From: Candidatus Cloacimonadota bacterium
GTDB lineage: Bacteria; Cloacimonadota; Cloacimonadia; G963667145
Direction: 5' to 3'
Assembly: GCA_963676615.1 (NCBI GenBank)
Contig: OY781092.1
Coordinates: 1,088,001 to 1,152,000, forward strand
DNA length: 64,000 bases
Shown: one piece after another, positions 20,505-30,555 of the stretch
Numbering within the stretch: position 1 is the stretch's first letter
Layout of the letters: the number at the start of each line of letters is the position of its first letter
Made by a program: the position numbers and the translations under genes
Notes under the pieces: model-generated
Told to the model about the DNA's origin: nothing
The model's database searches: none
Seen by the model: only the letters and a program-made list of their open reading frames with translations

Positions 20505-21442
20505 TAAATAAACAAGGCTTTCAACAAAAACCTATAGCTTTTCGTCTTAAAAAGATAAACGAGCAATTTTCGTCGCATTTTTTTTTTTAATTTTGCTTCA
20601 TCATACTTCAAAAACTCACCGTTTTTCTTCATCAATTTTTTCATAAAAAAAACAATATCTGAAAAAGGGATTTTAAAAGCGTCCTTATTAACCAGCAAAG
20701 AAAATAAAATTTTAGCATTTTTCACGCTAACAAAATCAAAAGACACCAAATTATGCTCAATATATTTTAACAATAACTTAAATTTAACATCTAATCTTTT
20801 ATCAGCCTGGGATGATATACTGCTCTCAAGTTTTCGATAATGCAACAAGACCTTAGGAATATTAGCAAACTTAGTCAAACCTGACAAACTAATCCACAAA
20901 GCGTAATCTTGAGCAGTGTATAAATTTTCATCATAAAATATTTGATTGTCTTCCAACACAGATTTCCTTATCATCACAGCTGGATGAGCAAAACAACTGC
21001 CCACTAACAAACTCATTTTACACTCATCGTCGGTAATTGGCACTCTCCATTTTTTTTTGCATCCATTAGCGAAAATTTTTATACAGCTCCCACAAACCCC
21101 AACATTAGGCTCATTTTCCATAAACTTTACTTGCTCTTCAAATCTAGTAGGCAAACTAATATCATCTGCATCCATTCGGGCAATATACTTGCCCCTAGCT
21201 TTTTTTATTCCTTCATTTAATGAAAACGGCAAACCTTTATTCTCTCTGCTTATTAAAACTATTCGTTCATCATTTTTAGCATATTTTTGAATAATATCAA
21301 AGCTACTATCCGTCGAACCATCATTTACAATAATAAATTCAAAATTTGTATATGTTTGATTTAAAATACTTTCTATAGCTTCACTTAAATATTTTTCACT
21401 ATTGTAAACTGACATAACAACAGAGATTAACGGTCTAGTCAT
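20504..21442 (-). CDS. Glycosyltransferase family 2
   Basis: SVVMSVYN, NDGSTD, RMDADD, HPAVMIR, QDYALW. Confidence 0.9.
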   Translation of the reverse strand: MTRPLISVVMSVYNSEKYLSEAIESILNQTYTNFEFIIVNDGSTDSSFDIIQKYAKNDERIVLISRENKGLPFSLNEGIKKARGKYIARMDADDISLPTRFEEQVKFMENEPNVGVCGSCIKIFANGCKKKWRVPITDDECKMSLLVGSCFAHPAVMIRKSVLEDNQIFYDENLYTAQDYALWISLSGLTKFANIPKVLLHYRKLESSISSQADKRLDVKFKLLLKYIEHNLVSFDFVSVKNAKILFSLLVNKDAFKIPFSDIVFFMKKLMKKNGEFLKYDEAKLKKKMRRKLLVYLFKTKSYRFLLKALFI

Positions 21443-23249
21443 TTAGGATCAACTTTTTCCCAAGTTCAAAGTCAAATGATTTTGGTTCAAAATTTTCTAC
21501 ACCATTGCCTGGAACATTCGTCAACTCTCCAAAATAAACTGCATTATCCAAGAGATACAAATCAACTCTTATAAAGTCAAAATCTTTAGACAGCTTTTCT
21601 GCGATTGCTAAAGCTTCATCGTATTTTATAGGTTTTTCAACTTTTTGACCTCTTTCAAAAATATATTTAACACCTATAATATTGAAACCTCTATCATATA
21701 AATCTCTCTTATGCTTTATAAACCTTTCTGTATCTACTTGCACAATTTCTACTTTTCCATTGAAACAAAAGAATTTAAAATCAGGTGGTATATCATTATT
21801 AAAGTTGAGTTTCTCTTCTACAATAATCAAAGGTTCTACTTTTTTATAAAACCATTCTCTTCCAACATCAGCATAGTCATTTTTAATCCATAAATTTGAA
21901 AGTTGTCTAATTTGTTCAAAATCATCTATATTTTTATCTACAACTTTAACCATGCCAGAGCCATGATTCCCTTTGATAACAAACTCTTGAGGTAAGCTAT
22001 TCCAAATATCTTTTGTAAATTCTTTACCCACCCAAAGATTTTTTATGAGTTTACACTCTGGCGCATTTTGCTTTACATACTCTCTTACCCATATTCTATC
22101 TACTATTTTTTCTCTTAATTCATTTATCTTATAAAGCTTTATATGATTGATTTTTTCACTAAATGACCTTGGATTTTTAAAGTTTGGAACATAGCCATGG
22201 CTTTTTATAAATCTTATTTTTGCATACCAATAGTCATTTAAACTATTGTAAAAAGATTTTGACAGTCTTTTTTTTATTTTTGGCAACAATGGCTTCATCT
22301 CATCATATCTCGTCTTTAGAGTTAAAAACTTATATTTTAGTTTATAAAATATATTGTTTTGTTGGGTGAGCTGGTTACCAATTTCTCCCAAAATTGACAA
22401 TTTACAACCATCTTCTCGTTTTACTTTGATAAGGCTAACTAACTTGTTACTCTGAACATCAAATTGGCAAATTAAACCCTCTTTCATAAAAGATTTTTGC
22501 TTCATGTATTGTTTTTCCCCTTTTAGGAAAAACTCAATATCAGGAAATAAAAAATTACCTAATGAATAAAAAATATACTTATTTTTATAAACCTCATATG
22601 GTTGAACGATATGTGAATGATGCCCAACAATCAAATCAATGCCACTATCTATAAGCTTGCGAGCTAATTTTCTTTGTGAAGGCATTGGCAGAGGAATATA
22701 TTCTGTCCCCCAATGAATATAAAGAACTATCTTGTAATCTTGATATTTTTCTCTTAATCTTTCAATCTCTTCAAAACTTACATCTTTTGGACCTTGGATG
22801 CTTTCGCCTGCAAATAAGTATCCTCCTGTCAAATCAGTCTCTCTTGTTGTATAAGATATAAAAACGAGCTTTTCTTCTTCATTTATAAAAATATGAGATT
22901 CATCATCTTCATCTCCAACACCAAAAATTTCAAAATTATTCTTAGCTAAAATATTTTTAGTTAAATCAAAGCTTTTATTGCCATAATCATTAATGTGATT
23001 ATTTGATAAAGATATCAAAAATGGATTCAACTGTTTTAAGTAGTTTAAAGAATTTTCATATTGACAAAGCGTCACCTTGCTTTTAAGTGGTATATTACAA
23101 CTCTCATCCACAAATGGTGATTCAAGATTTACTACTAACTTAGTATCTTTAATTAATGGCAATGTCTCTTTAAATGGTTCTTCTGTATATTTTTCTAAAT
23201 CTTGAAGAATTAAATCTCCTACGAAACTATATATCATAACTTTATCCAC
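21435..23249 (-). CDS. Fusion of CapA-family metallophosphoesterase and TupA-like ATP-grasp amide ligase
   Basis: N-half VGD, NLE, NNHINDYG, HWGTE, GHHSH, YSLGNF; C-half NPRSFSEKI, KGNHGSG, DFKFFCFNG, RVDLY, FGELT..PG. Confidence 0.85.
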   Translation of the reverse strand: MDKVMIYSFVGDLILQDLEKYTEEPFKETLPLIKDTKLVVNLESPFVDESCNIPLKSKVTLCQYENSLNYLKQLNPFLISLSNNHINDYGNKSFDLTKNILAKNNFEIFGVGDEDDESHIFINEEEKLVFISYTTRETDLTGGYLFAGESIQGPKDVSFEEIERLREKYQDYKIVLYIHWGTEYIPLPMPSQRKLARKLIDSGIDLIVGHHSHIVQPYEVYKNKYIFYSLGNFLFPDIEFFLKGEKQYMKQKSFMKEGLICQFDVQSNKLVSLIKVKREDGCKLSILGEIGNQLTQQNNIFYKLKYKFLTLKTRYDEMKPLLPKIKKRLSKSFYNSLNDYWYAKIRFIKSHGYVPNFKNPRSFSEKINHIKLYKINELREKIVDRIWVREYVKQNAPECKLIKNLWVGKEFTKDIWNSLPQEFVIKGNHGSGMVKVVDKNIDDFEQIRQLSNLWIKNDYADVGREWFYKKVEPLIIVEEKLNFNNDIPPDFKFFCFNGKVEIVQVDTERFIKHKRDLYDRGFNIIGVKYIFERGQKVEKPIKYDEALAIAEKLSKDFDFIRVDLYLLDNAVYFGELTNVPGNGVENFEPKSFDFELGKKLILND

Positions 23250-24121
23250 TCTTTTGGAGCTAAATGAAGTTCATGATTAGTTTTATACCAAACTTTTGGA
23301 GCTATTACTATCTTGTTTTTATTTCGATTGAGCCATGCCCCCCACCAACTAAAAGTGCTATTCGCTATAATATTATGTTCACATCTACTCATAAGCACCA
23401 TATCATCTATAGCACTTTTTGTGTCATCTATAAATGTTTTATCTTCTAAAAATTCAAAATTTTCTTTACACCAAGCTATATCATCTGAAAAAATAAAAAA
23501 TTTTGGATTTTCTACTTTACTGTTTATAAATTCTATAGCATCTTTATAATATGGCATTTCAGTTATTGTAAGTCCTGAACCTTTAAACATAGTATTATCC
23601 ACGTAGTCCCCTCTTCTTACATGTAAACTTACACTATTTGAATTTTCTATCTCTTTTATGTATTGTTTTGCTTTTTCACTTATATCATGTATAGGAGTAA
23701 AACTCTTAATAATCTCATCTTTTATATTTTTAAAGTACTTTTCGCTCTGCCAATAACCATCCAAATATATGTCTTCACTTGAATTAAAAATATTTCCCTC
23801 AAAAATCTCATTTGTATTTTTTGCACCATTTAATAAAAGAGAATCAGCCTTATAACTGTTTGGCTTTTTATTTTTGACTTTTAGTTTATTTTTTACTTTG
23901 TCTATAAAACCCTCTTTTCCTTTTAAACTATCAATCTCTTTTTGCGAAGCCAAATTCTCTTCAATATTAAATAAATCTAATTCATATTTTCTAAGAGTTT
24001 GTTTTGGATAAAAAGTCACATCTAGCTTAAAAATATCATTATTCTTTATCGCCATAGATTTTGCTATGGCATATTGAAACATCTGATTGCCTAGACCTCC
24101 AATAATTCTAACAATTATCAT
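23234..24121 (-). CDS. GT11 alpha-1,2-fucosyltransferase
   Basis: GGLGNQMFQYA, GYWQSEKYF, HVRRGDY, FSDD, NSTFSWWGA. Confidence 0.92.
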   Translation of the reverse strand: MIIVRIIGGLGNQMFQYAIAKSMAIKNNDIFKLDVTFYPKQTLRKYELDLFNIEENLASQKEIDSLKGKEGFIDKVKNKLKVKNKKPNSYKADSLLLNGAKNTNEIFEGNIFNSSEDIYLDGYWQSEKYFKNIKDEIIKSFTPIHDISEKAKQYIKEIENSNSVSLHVRRGDYVDNTMFKGSGLTITEMPYYKDAIEFINSKVENPKFFIFSDDIAWCKENFEFLEDKTFIDDTKSAIDDMVLMSRCEHNIIANSTFSWWGAWLNRNKNKIVIAPKVWYKTNHELHLAPKEWIKL

Positions 24122-25121
24122 TTCCTAAATCTTTTACTATCTCACTAACAATAGTATCTGCAAAAACTTCTGCTTTAAACTGATCTGCTTTTGAACTGTT
24201 TAAAAACTCTTCAATAGCATCTAGATAATTCATATAGGTTTTTTCATCCATATTTTTTATAAACTCATAAATATCTTCAAAACTATCAAACTCTCTTTTG
24301 TCTATAAAACACTCTTTTGGTATGTGGTCAGTCACATTTTTCGCACCCCAGTATATTGGTACACATCCAGCAAAAAAACTATCAAAGATCTTCTCTGTGA
24401 TATATCCCGCTTGATCTTTTATATTTTCATAACATATTGAGAATTTATAGTTTTTCATAGTTTCATATTTCGATTCCACCATACCTTTATATGAAGTAAA
24501 AAGATTTTTCTTTCTAAGTGGTTTTATCTTATTTAGCACTTTTCCAAAAAAGCTATGACCAAATCTATACTGATTCCATTTTGTTCCATACAAATCAAAC
24601 TCATCAAAATGATATTTTTCAAACCATCTTATAATCTCTACCCTTTTTGTATATAACTCATCTGGATGATTAGCAGACTTATTTCCAGCTATGACACAGC
24701 ATAGTTTTTTACCATCAAACTTTTTAGGAATAGTTTTAGGTATATCATAGGCATAGTTGACTTTAAAATATTTTTCATTATCTATCATATCATCATTCCA
24801 AGTAAAGATTTTTTTAAAATATTTATGTTTATTATGTGCATATATGGCGCTATCAACATGAGGGCTTTCTAGTGCTAGCAAATAAAAATTATTGTAATTT
24901 CTAGATTGAATGATTTTTTGATTTAGTCCCATATATAAAACAATATCTGACAATAAAGGCTCATTAATGTCTTTTGTAGATAAATCAACACCATTTAATT
25001 TAAATTGCTCTTTTAAGGCGAAATAAAAATATGCAAAATTATCTCTATTTATATTCTTATCTGTAATATCAAATATTCTATTGCCTAAATTATAATTCAT
25101 CACTAAAGAGGCTTTTAACAT
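24108..25121 (-). CDS. GT10 alpha-1,3/4-fucosyltransferase-like protein
   Basis: YKFSICYEN...[21 protein letters not shown] motif; start moved to ATG 25121. Confidence 0.85.
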   Translation of the reverse strand: MLKASLVMNYNLGNRIFDITDKNINRDNFAYFYFALKEQFKLNGVDLSTKDINEPLLSDIVLYMGLNQKIIQSRNYNNFYLLALESPHVDSAIYAHNKHKYFKKIFTWNDDMIDNEKYFKVNYAYDIPKTIPKKFDGKKLCCVIAGNKSANHPDELYTKRVEIIRWFEKYHFDEFDLYGTKWNQYRFGHSFFGKVLNKIKPLRKKNLFTSYKGMVESKYETMKNYKFSICYENIKDQAGYITEKIFDSFFAGCVPIYWGAKNVTDHIPKECFIDKREFDSFEDIYEFIKNMDEKTYMNYLDAIEEFLNSSKADQFKAEVFADTIVSEIVKDLGNDNC

Positions 25122-25693
25122 TTTTCTAACTCCAAGATTAAGCTTTTTGCCCCCCCTATATCTTGATTCCACCAACTTGATTCCAGTATCTTTTTTTGTT
25201 TTTCATCGTCAAACCTATATCTTAGTAATCTAGCTGGACTTCCTGCTACAATTGCAAAAGAAGGAACATCTTTTGTAACTACACTATTTGCACCAATTAC
25301 AGCACCATCTCCAATACTGACACCTCTTAATATTACGACATCCGTACCTATCCAAACATCATTACCTATATTACAAGGTTGTTTTGTTAGCACCTCATAA
25401 CTATTATTATCATAAAAAAGTGAATTTGTAGATATTTTATTTAAATCATGCTCTCCTTGACCAATTGAAACATTGTTTGCAATAGAACAATATCTACCTA
25501 TTGATGTTTTAGTAATATTACAGTTTTTACCAATATAAGTGAAATCTCCAATACTAGATTTACTATCAATCGTTGAACCTTTAGCTACTGATATATTTTT
25601 ACCCATTAGACTTTTAATAGAAATATCTAAAGAATCAATTTTTTTTAATTTTGTTTTTAATAAAATGAATTTAAATAATTTCTTTACCACCAA
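25115..25693 (-). CDS. CatB/Vat-like hexapeptide O-acetyltransferase
   Basis: [35 protein letters not shown] start after GGAG. Confidence 0.85.
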   Translation of the reverse strand: MVVKKLFKFILLKTKLKKIDSLDISIKSLMGKNISVAKGSTIDSKSSIGDFTYIGKNCNITKTSIGRYCSIANNVSIGQGEHDLNKISTNSLFYDNNSYEVLTKQPCNIGNDVWIGTDVVILRGVSIGDGAVIGANSVVTKDVPSFAIVAGSPARLLRYRFDDEKQKKILESSWWNQDIGGAKSLILELEKC

Positions 25694-26471
25694 ATAACTC
25701 CACCATTTTAAGTCTATTTTTCTCCCAACTATCACAATTAGGAGCACCATTTACATCTTTTAATTTTAGATATTTAACAATAGAATTTACATTCATTTTA
25801 AATTTAGTCTTCTCCCTAACTCTTAGTGACCATTCCACATCTTCACCATCTCCCCAAAACAGTTTTTCATCAAGTGGATTTTCTAAAAAGAAATCTCTTT
25901 TTACACAAAAATAAGTTCCGCTAAAATACATATATTTTGTATATTTGTCATAAGGTATTAGACAAGCTCCACTTCCTTTTGAGTCATTGCAAATCTCAGG
26001 GTGATCCCAAGCCATCCAGTCTCTATGCCTTGAATTGTTTTGATTCAAAACAATGCTCATACACACTTCCCAATCATTCCCAAACTCTTCATACCCTATT
26101 CGCCAACCATTTTCGAGGCCAACATAATCATGCATAATACATAGTTTGTCGTATTTAGCATTTTTTGCTGCAAGATTTTTTTTGTGACATATTGCACCTG
26201 TTTTGTAAAAAAAACTTTTAAAACTACCTGTTTTTAAAAAGTTTAAAAAAACATTTTTTGTAAAATTTAGTCCAAAAATTTCTTCTTTAAAAGGGACTAA
26301 AATCACTTTCTTTAAAGCTTTTTTGTCTAGATCTGGGTTTCCAACAATAACAATTTCATAGTTATCAACATTTTCGAACTCATCATAAATTTTATTTATA
26401 CATTGTCTTAAATTTACTTCGTTCCCTGGAGCTGTAACTATACAAAAACTCCAGCCTTCATTTTGTTTCAT
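25671..26471 (-). CDS. GT-A fold glycosyltransferase-like protein
   Basis: [33 protein letters not shown]. Confidence 0.55.
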   Translation of the reverse strand: MKQNEGWSFCIVTAPGNEVNLRQCINKIYDEFENVDNYEIVIVGNPDLDKKALKKVILVPFKEEIFGLNFTKNVFLNFLKTGSFKSFFYKTGAICHKKNLAAKNAKYDKLCIMHDYVGLENGWRIGYEEFGNDWEVCMSIVLNQNNSRHRDWMAWDHPEICNDSKGSGACLIPYDKYTKYMYFSGTYFCVKRDFFLENPLDEKLFWGDGEDVEWSLRVREKTKFKMNVNSIVKYLKLKDVNGAPNCDSWEKNRLKMVELFGGKEII

Positions 26472-27159
26472 TTAATACCCCAAGCTCTCTAATTTTTCTA
26501 ACAAACTCTTCATAAGTTTCATTATGATAGTGATATGGTAATTTTCTATACTCTTCATTTCCAATTTTAGCAAAATCTACAAAGTCATCGTCAATAGCTA
26601 TCGAATAAAGGTTGCAAAATTCAGCTGAAAGTTTTTCGATTGTTTTTTTTATGCTATTAGCTCTTTGTTTAAATTGTTCTCTTGTCTCTAGTTTAGAAGG
26701 AAAATGTATAAAGATGATAGGAACGAAACCCCAAGTATCCGCACATTTTTCAAAAACTAATCTATAATATTTTTCCAACTTTTCAACTTCTAACAAGCCA
26801 TGAGAAGTAATATTTTTCTTAAAACTATTTGAATCGCTATTTAAATCAGAAAAATTACTATAAAAAGAAAAATAGTGCTTTTTGTGTGTAAATTTTTGAT
26901 CAGTAAGTTCACTAAAACTATCAAAAAATATTGCTTTTGGTCTGATATTTTTATCAAAAAAGTTTTGTTTTTGCATATAAATCGAATTTACCAATATGTC
27001 ATACCGATTAAACATCTTATAGAGCCTTAAAAGAGAAATCTTAGAAGTTTTTTCATCGCTAAGCAAATCAATTCTACTTTTGGAGAAATTAACAATTGCA
27101 ACATCTTTACCATATAGTCTTTCAATTATATCGTTTCCTAAACAAGCTGTACGAGACAC
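26458..27159 (-). CDS. Hypothetical protein (SGNH/DUF6270-like); paralog of 28683-29435
   Basis: RTACLGN, KSRID, DSFSELTDQ, KL+.R..FK.R and LPYHY motifs shared with the paralog. Confidence 0.6.
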   Translation of the reverse strand: MSRTACLGNDIIERLYGKDVAIVNFSKSRIDLLSDEKTSKISLLRLYKMFNRYDILVNSIYMQKQNFFDKNIRPKAIFFDSFSELTDQKFTHKKHYFSFYSNFSDLNSDSNSFKKNITSHGLLEVEKLEKYYRLVFEKCADTWGFVPIIFIHFPSKLETREQFKQRANSIKKTIEKLSAEFCNLYSIAIDDDFVDFAKIGNEEYRKLPYHYHNETYEEFVRKIRELGVLNETK

Positions 27160-27163
27160 TATT

Positions 27164-28696
27164 TTACCCCCCCCCCATAAGCTTTTTATTGATTCGTTTT
27201 AATGTAGCTTTATAATACTCCACTACAAATCTTAATAAATCTATTTTTGTATATCCTCCACTTAAAATCAAAAATAAAACTAGATATACAAAACCTTTCG
27301 ATAAAAACTGCAAAAGTAATGATTCAAACAGTATAGTAATACAATAATCAGAAGCCATCATAAAAGCTAAAAGTAACAAAAACCATTTAAGTCCATCCAT
27401 TACCCATTTGTAAATATTAATATTTAATATAATATCTACCAAATGGAAAGAGTAAAATAATCCTATAGTCATAGAAAATAAATAACCAATAAAAAAACCA
27501 TTAATACCTATTAACTTGTAAAATAAATATGATAAAGATACAAATACTATCACTTCAATAAGTGCAAACAATGGCGTCTTTCTAAATTCACCAGAACTAT
27601 GGATAATTATTCCTGTGAAACTAGTAAGCATAATAAAAAGAAAATTTAAAAGAATAAATATAAATATCTCAAACCCTATAAACCTATCTGCTCCAACCCA
27701 AAGAGATATAAAAGTTTCATTTAAAGAAAAAAGTGCATACAGGCAAAATAGAGTAGTAAAAACACCCAATTTAAATACTTTTTCAAAATATGGTATAAGA
27801 TTTTCTCTCTCATCATTTTCGAAATGTGCACTGATTGATGGGAATAAATTCATTACAATTTTTGATATAAATCCTGGTATTAATCCTGGAATTTTATTTG
27901 TGATATTATATTGAGCTACTAAAATTTGCCCCCCATAGTTACTAAGTAGTACTGTAAATAGTGATGTTTTAGAAACCTGAGCTATTCTTAAAAGTTGAAA
28001 TTGCTTAATATACTGCCAACCATCTACAATATAATTTTTATGAAACTCTTTAGGGATAAAAAGATTTATTTTATAGTTTTTATATACTTTAAAAGCTATA
28101 AATATATTTACTATAAAAGTTGATAATAATATTGAGATGCCAAAAGACAAAAGGGCATAATTTAAATATAAAAGAATAATATTAAATAGGCTAGATAAAA
28201 CAAGAATCATAAACACAGCTATATTCATATACCTAAGTTCATGTCGACTTCTTAAAATAGCATGATTTAATCCACAAAAAACACCAACAACCACAGAAAT
28301 CCAAAAGAATATAAAAAGATTATGAGAAATATTTATATAATTCATTTCTAAATCTAATATTCTACCAATATAAGCAGATACTATTAGCCCCAGAAATAGC
28401 AATACTATCCCTAAAAGATATTGAAAAATTTGTGCTGAATTTAGAAATGGGACTAGTTCTTCAGAGTTGAAAAAATTATCACTTGACATTTTCTTTACAC
28501 TATACATAGGCATTCCAATGTCTGCTAAAGATATAACCGCTATAATCCCTTGTATAGCTATGTAAATTCCAAATTCTTCCAGAGAAATAAAATTTAAATA
28601 TACAGGTATAATTACAAAACTAATAAGTGTAGTTAATACAAATATAACACTGTCTGATGCTATACCTTGAATAATATTTTTTTTATGAGGTTGCAT
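27164..28696 (-). CDS. wzx: Wzx-type flippase (second, unrelated to 4855-6069)
   Basis: 510 aa multi-TM; P..L..IS.EEFGIY, LADIG, ISLWVG. Confidence 0.8.
   Translation of the reverse strand: MQPHKKNIIQGIASDSVIFVLTTLISFVIIPVYLNFISLEEFGIYIAIQGIIAVISLADIGMPMYSVKKMSSDNFFNSEELVPFLNSAQIFQYLLGIVLLFLGLIVSAYIGRILDLEMNYINISHNLFIFFWISVVVGVFCGLNHAILRSRHELRYMNIAVFMILVLSSLFNIILLYLNYALLSFGISILLSTFIVNIFIAFKVYKNYKINLFIPKEFHKNYIVDGWQYIKQFQLLRIAQVSKTSLFTVLLSNYGGQILVAQYNITNKIPGLIPGFISKIVMNLFPSISAHFENDERENLIPYFEKVFKLGVFTTLFCLYALFSLNETFISLWVGADRFIGFEIFIFILLNFLFIMLTSFTGIIIHSSGEFRKTPLFALIEVIVFVSLSYLFYKLIGINGFFIGYLFSMTIGLFYSFHLVDIILNINIYKWVMDGLKWFLLLLAFMMASDYCITILFESLLLQFLSKGFVYLVLFLILSGGYTKIDLLRFVVEYYKATLKRINKKLMGGG
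27167..27176 (-). repeat. G10 homopolymer at the flippase stop / next gene start
   Basis: C10 on the plus strand; minus strand reads ATG GGG GGG GGG TAA AATA GTG. Confidence 0.9.
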
Positions 28697-29435
28697 TTAA
28701 TAAACTCTCTTCAAACTTCTCAACATAGCATCTATATGTATCATCTGAATAATGATAAGGAAGATTATTGTATTCTTCATTATTGCTGTTTGCTTTTTCT
28801 ATCAACTGATCATCTATAAATATTGATTGCAAAAAGGTATATTTTTGAGATAATTTATTAATTATACCTAAAATCACCTTCCCCCTATTTTTAAATTTTC
28901 CTCTTTCATCAAGCTTAATTGAAAAATGTATAAAATATAATGGTATATTGGGATATATTTGTTTAATTTTTTCAAAAAAAATATCATAAAATTTGAACAA
29001 CTTACTTTCTTCTAAAAGCCCTAAACATTTAAAATCTTTAGACAATAATTCATGATCAACATCACCATAATTTGCTAAAAATCTACTATTATTTGTTTGA
29101 TTTAAAAACAATTGATCTGTCAATTCACTAAATGAATCCATAACTATAATATATGGTTTTGGATATCTAAAAAAATCATCTCTTTAATGCTCTATAGCTC
29201 CTATTACAAATTTATGCTTTAAATAGTTTATTATTTCATTAGGATTTGGAGCCACTTTTTTATTTTGATTTAACTCTAGCAAATAATCAATTCTAGATTT
29301 TTGATGATTTATATAGTTTTTTTCCCATCCCATATGTTTGATAATTTCATTACCCAAACATGCAGTTCTTCCAAGAACTTTAAAAGATTTAAATCTATAA
29401 TATTTACGATATAAACTTTTTAGAGATGATTTCAA
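28683..29435 (-). pseudogene. SGNH/DUF6270-like gene interrupted by a single in-frame TAA at 29184-29186
   Basis: ORFs 29184-29435 and 28683-29141 share a frame; read-through gives AIEH*RDDFFRYPKPYIIVMDSFSELTDQ, matching paralog SIYMQKQNFFDKNIRPKAIFFDSFSELTDQ. Confidence 0.8.
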
Positions 29436-30161
29436 CTATATTTTCTCCAAATAAATATTCAAATCTTCAGGTGTACCAATTCCATGCATTTTTTCAAAAC
29501 CGATATTATAAACACCAATTCTTGCACCATTTTTGATAGCATAATTATAGACAGGACAAGTATAAAATTCGTTATTTACTCTATCATTTCTTATAATCAT
29601 ATCTATTGAGGCATTGATAAAATCTTTACCTTTTGAATATAGGTAAATTCCCACAGTTGCAAAGTCTGAGATAACAACTTTTTCTTTTACTTCAGTCACA
29701 AGATTATTTTCATCTAGTTTAGCAAACGACCATTTTGGGTCACTATGTTTATCTACAAAAGTTAAAATAGAACCATCTAAATTTCTATTTTTACAATCAT
29801 CTATAAAATCTGCAATATTCATATCTACTATTTGATCTGAATTTGCTATCAAAAGAGGCTCTTTATTATTTATATATTTTCTAGCATAAAGAACTGTACA
29901 AGCTGTGCCTTCTGTTAGTTTATCGATAGGAATAAAAACAACATTAAACTCTTCTTCTATTTGTTTCACAAGCTCAGCTTCCTTTTTCATATGTTCTTTT
30001 CTAGCTATTAAAATATATCTCGCATTAGGGTATGCAAGATTTTCTAACACCCTTACAATCATTGGTTTCCCATTAACATCTATAAACGGTTTCGGTTTTT
30101 TATATCCTGCTTTTTCAAATCTACTTCCTTGACCTGCCATTGGGATTACAATATTAATCAT
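29436..30161 (-). CDS. BcbE-like sugar nucleotidyltransferase (GT-A fold)
   Basis: IVIPMAGQGSRF...PKPFI, TEGTACT, ANSDQ, KWSF, VKEK, NEFY. Confidence 0.8.
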   Translation of the reverse strand: MINIVIPMAGQGSRFEKAGYKKPKPFIDVNGKPMIVRVLENLAYPNARYILIARKEHMKKEAELVKQIEEEFNVVFIPIDKLTEGTACTVLYARKYINNKEPLLIANSDQIVDMNIADFIDDCKNRNLDGSILTFVDKHSDPKWSFAKLDENNLVTEVKEKVVISDFATVGIYLYSKGKDFINASIDMIIRNDRVNNEFYTCPVYNYAIKNGARIGVYNIGFEKMHGIGTPEDLNIYLEKI

Positions 30162-30489
30162 CGCTTGGTTTTCCTAAATATTTATCATTGCTTGCACCTG
30201 GGAACTTAACCACAGTATTTACAGTGTCTTCCAAGGCTTCAAAATCAGTAACTTCGTTCGGCTCAATCAAAATAATACTTCCTTTAGTATATTCAACTCC
30301 ATTCATCTTAACCGTCCCCGAAACAACTACAGTAATTTCTGTGGCTATTTTGTGATAATGACTCTGCTCAAAATCACCCTTTTTATACTTTTTTACTGCT
30401 ACTTCTACTTCATTTGTTTTTATGAGTGTCGGTTCAAAATTCCCTACAAACCAACCTCTTACCATATCTTCCAACTTAACAATCTTCAT
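30154..30489 (-). CDS. Small cupin-fold protein
   Basis: GWFVGNFEP, HYHKIATE; ATG 30489 with AAGG RBS. Confidence 0.7.
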   Translation of the reverse strand: MKIVKLEDMVRGWFVGNFEPTLIKTNEVEVAVKKYKKGDFEQSHYHKIATEITVVVSGTVKMNGVEYTKGSIILIEPNEVTDFEALEDTVNTVVKFPGASNDKYLGKPSDD

Positions 30490-30517
30490 ACCAACCTTTC
30501 CGCTTAAAAACTTCAGC

Positions 30518-30555
30518 AAAAAAGCAACGCAAGTATTTTATAATTTTGCAATGCT
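30518..30555 (-). terminator. Putative intrinsic terminator/attenuator inside the glycan locus
   Basis: Minus-strand AGCAUUGCAA...UUGCGUUGCU stem followed by UUUUU. Confidence 0.45.

Noticed and set aside
25150..25156. G7 tract in the acetyltransferase 3' end
   Set aside because: Short, in frame and near the C-terminus; weak case for phase variation.
29184..29186. Programmed read-through or recoding of the internal stop
   Set aside because: The codon is TAA, not TGA or TAG, and TAA is used as a normal stop across the window; a nonsense mutation or error is simpler.
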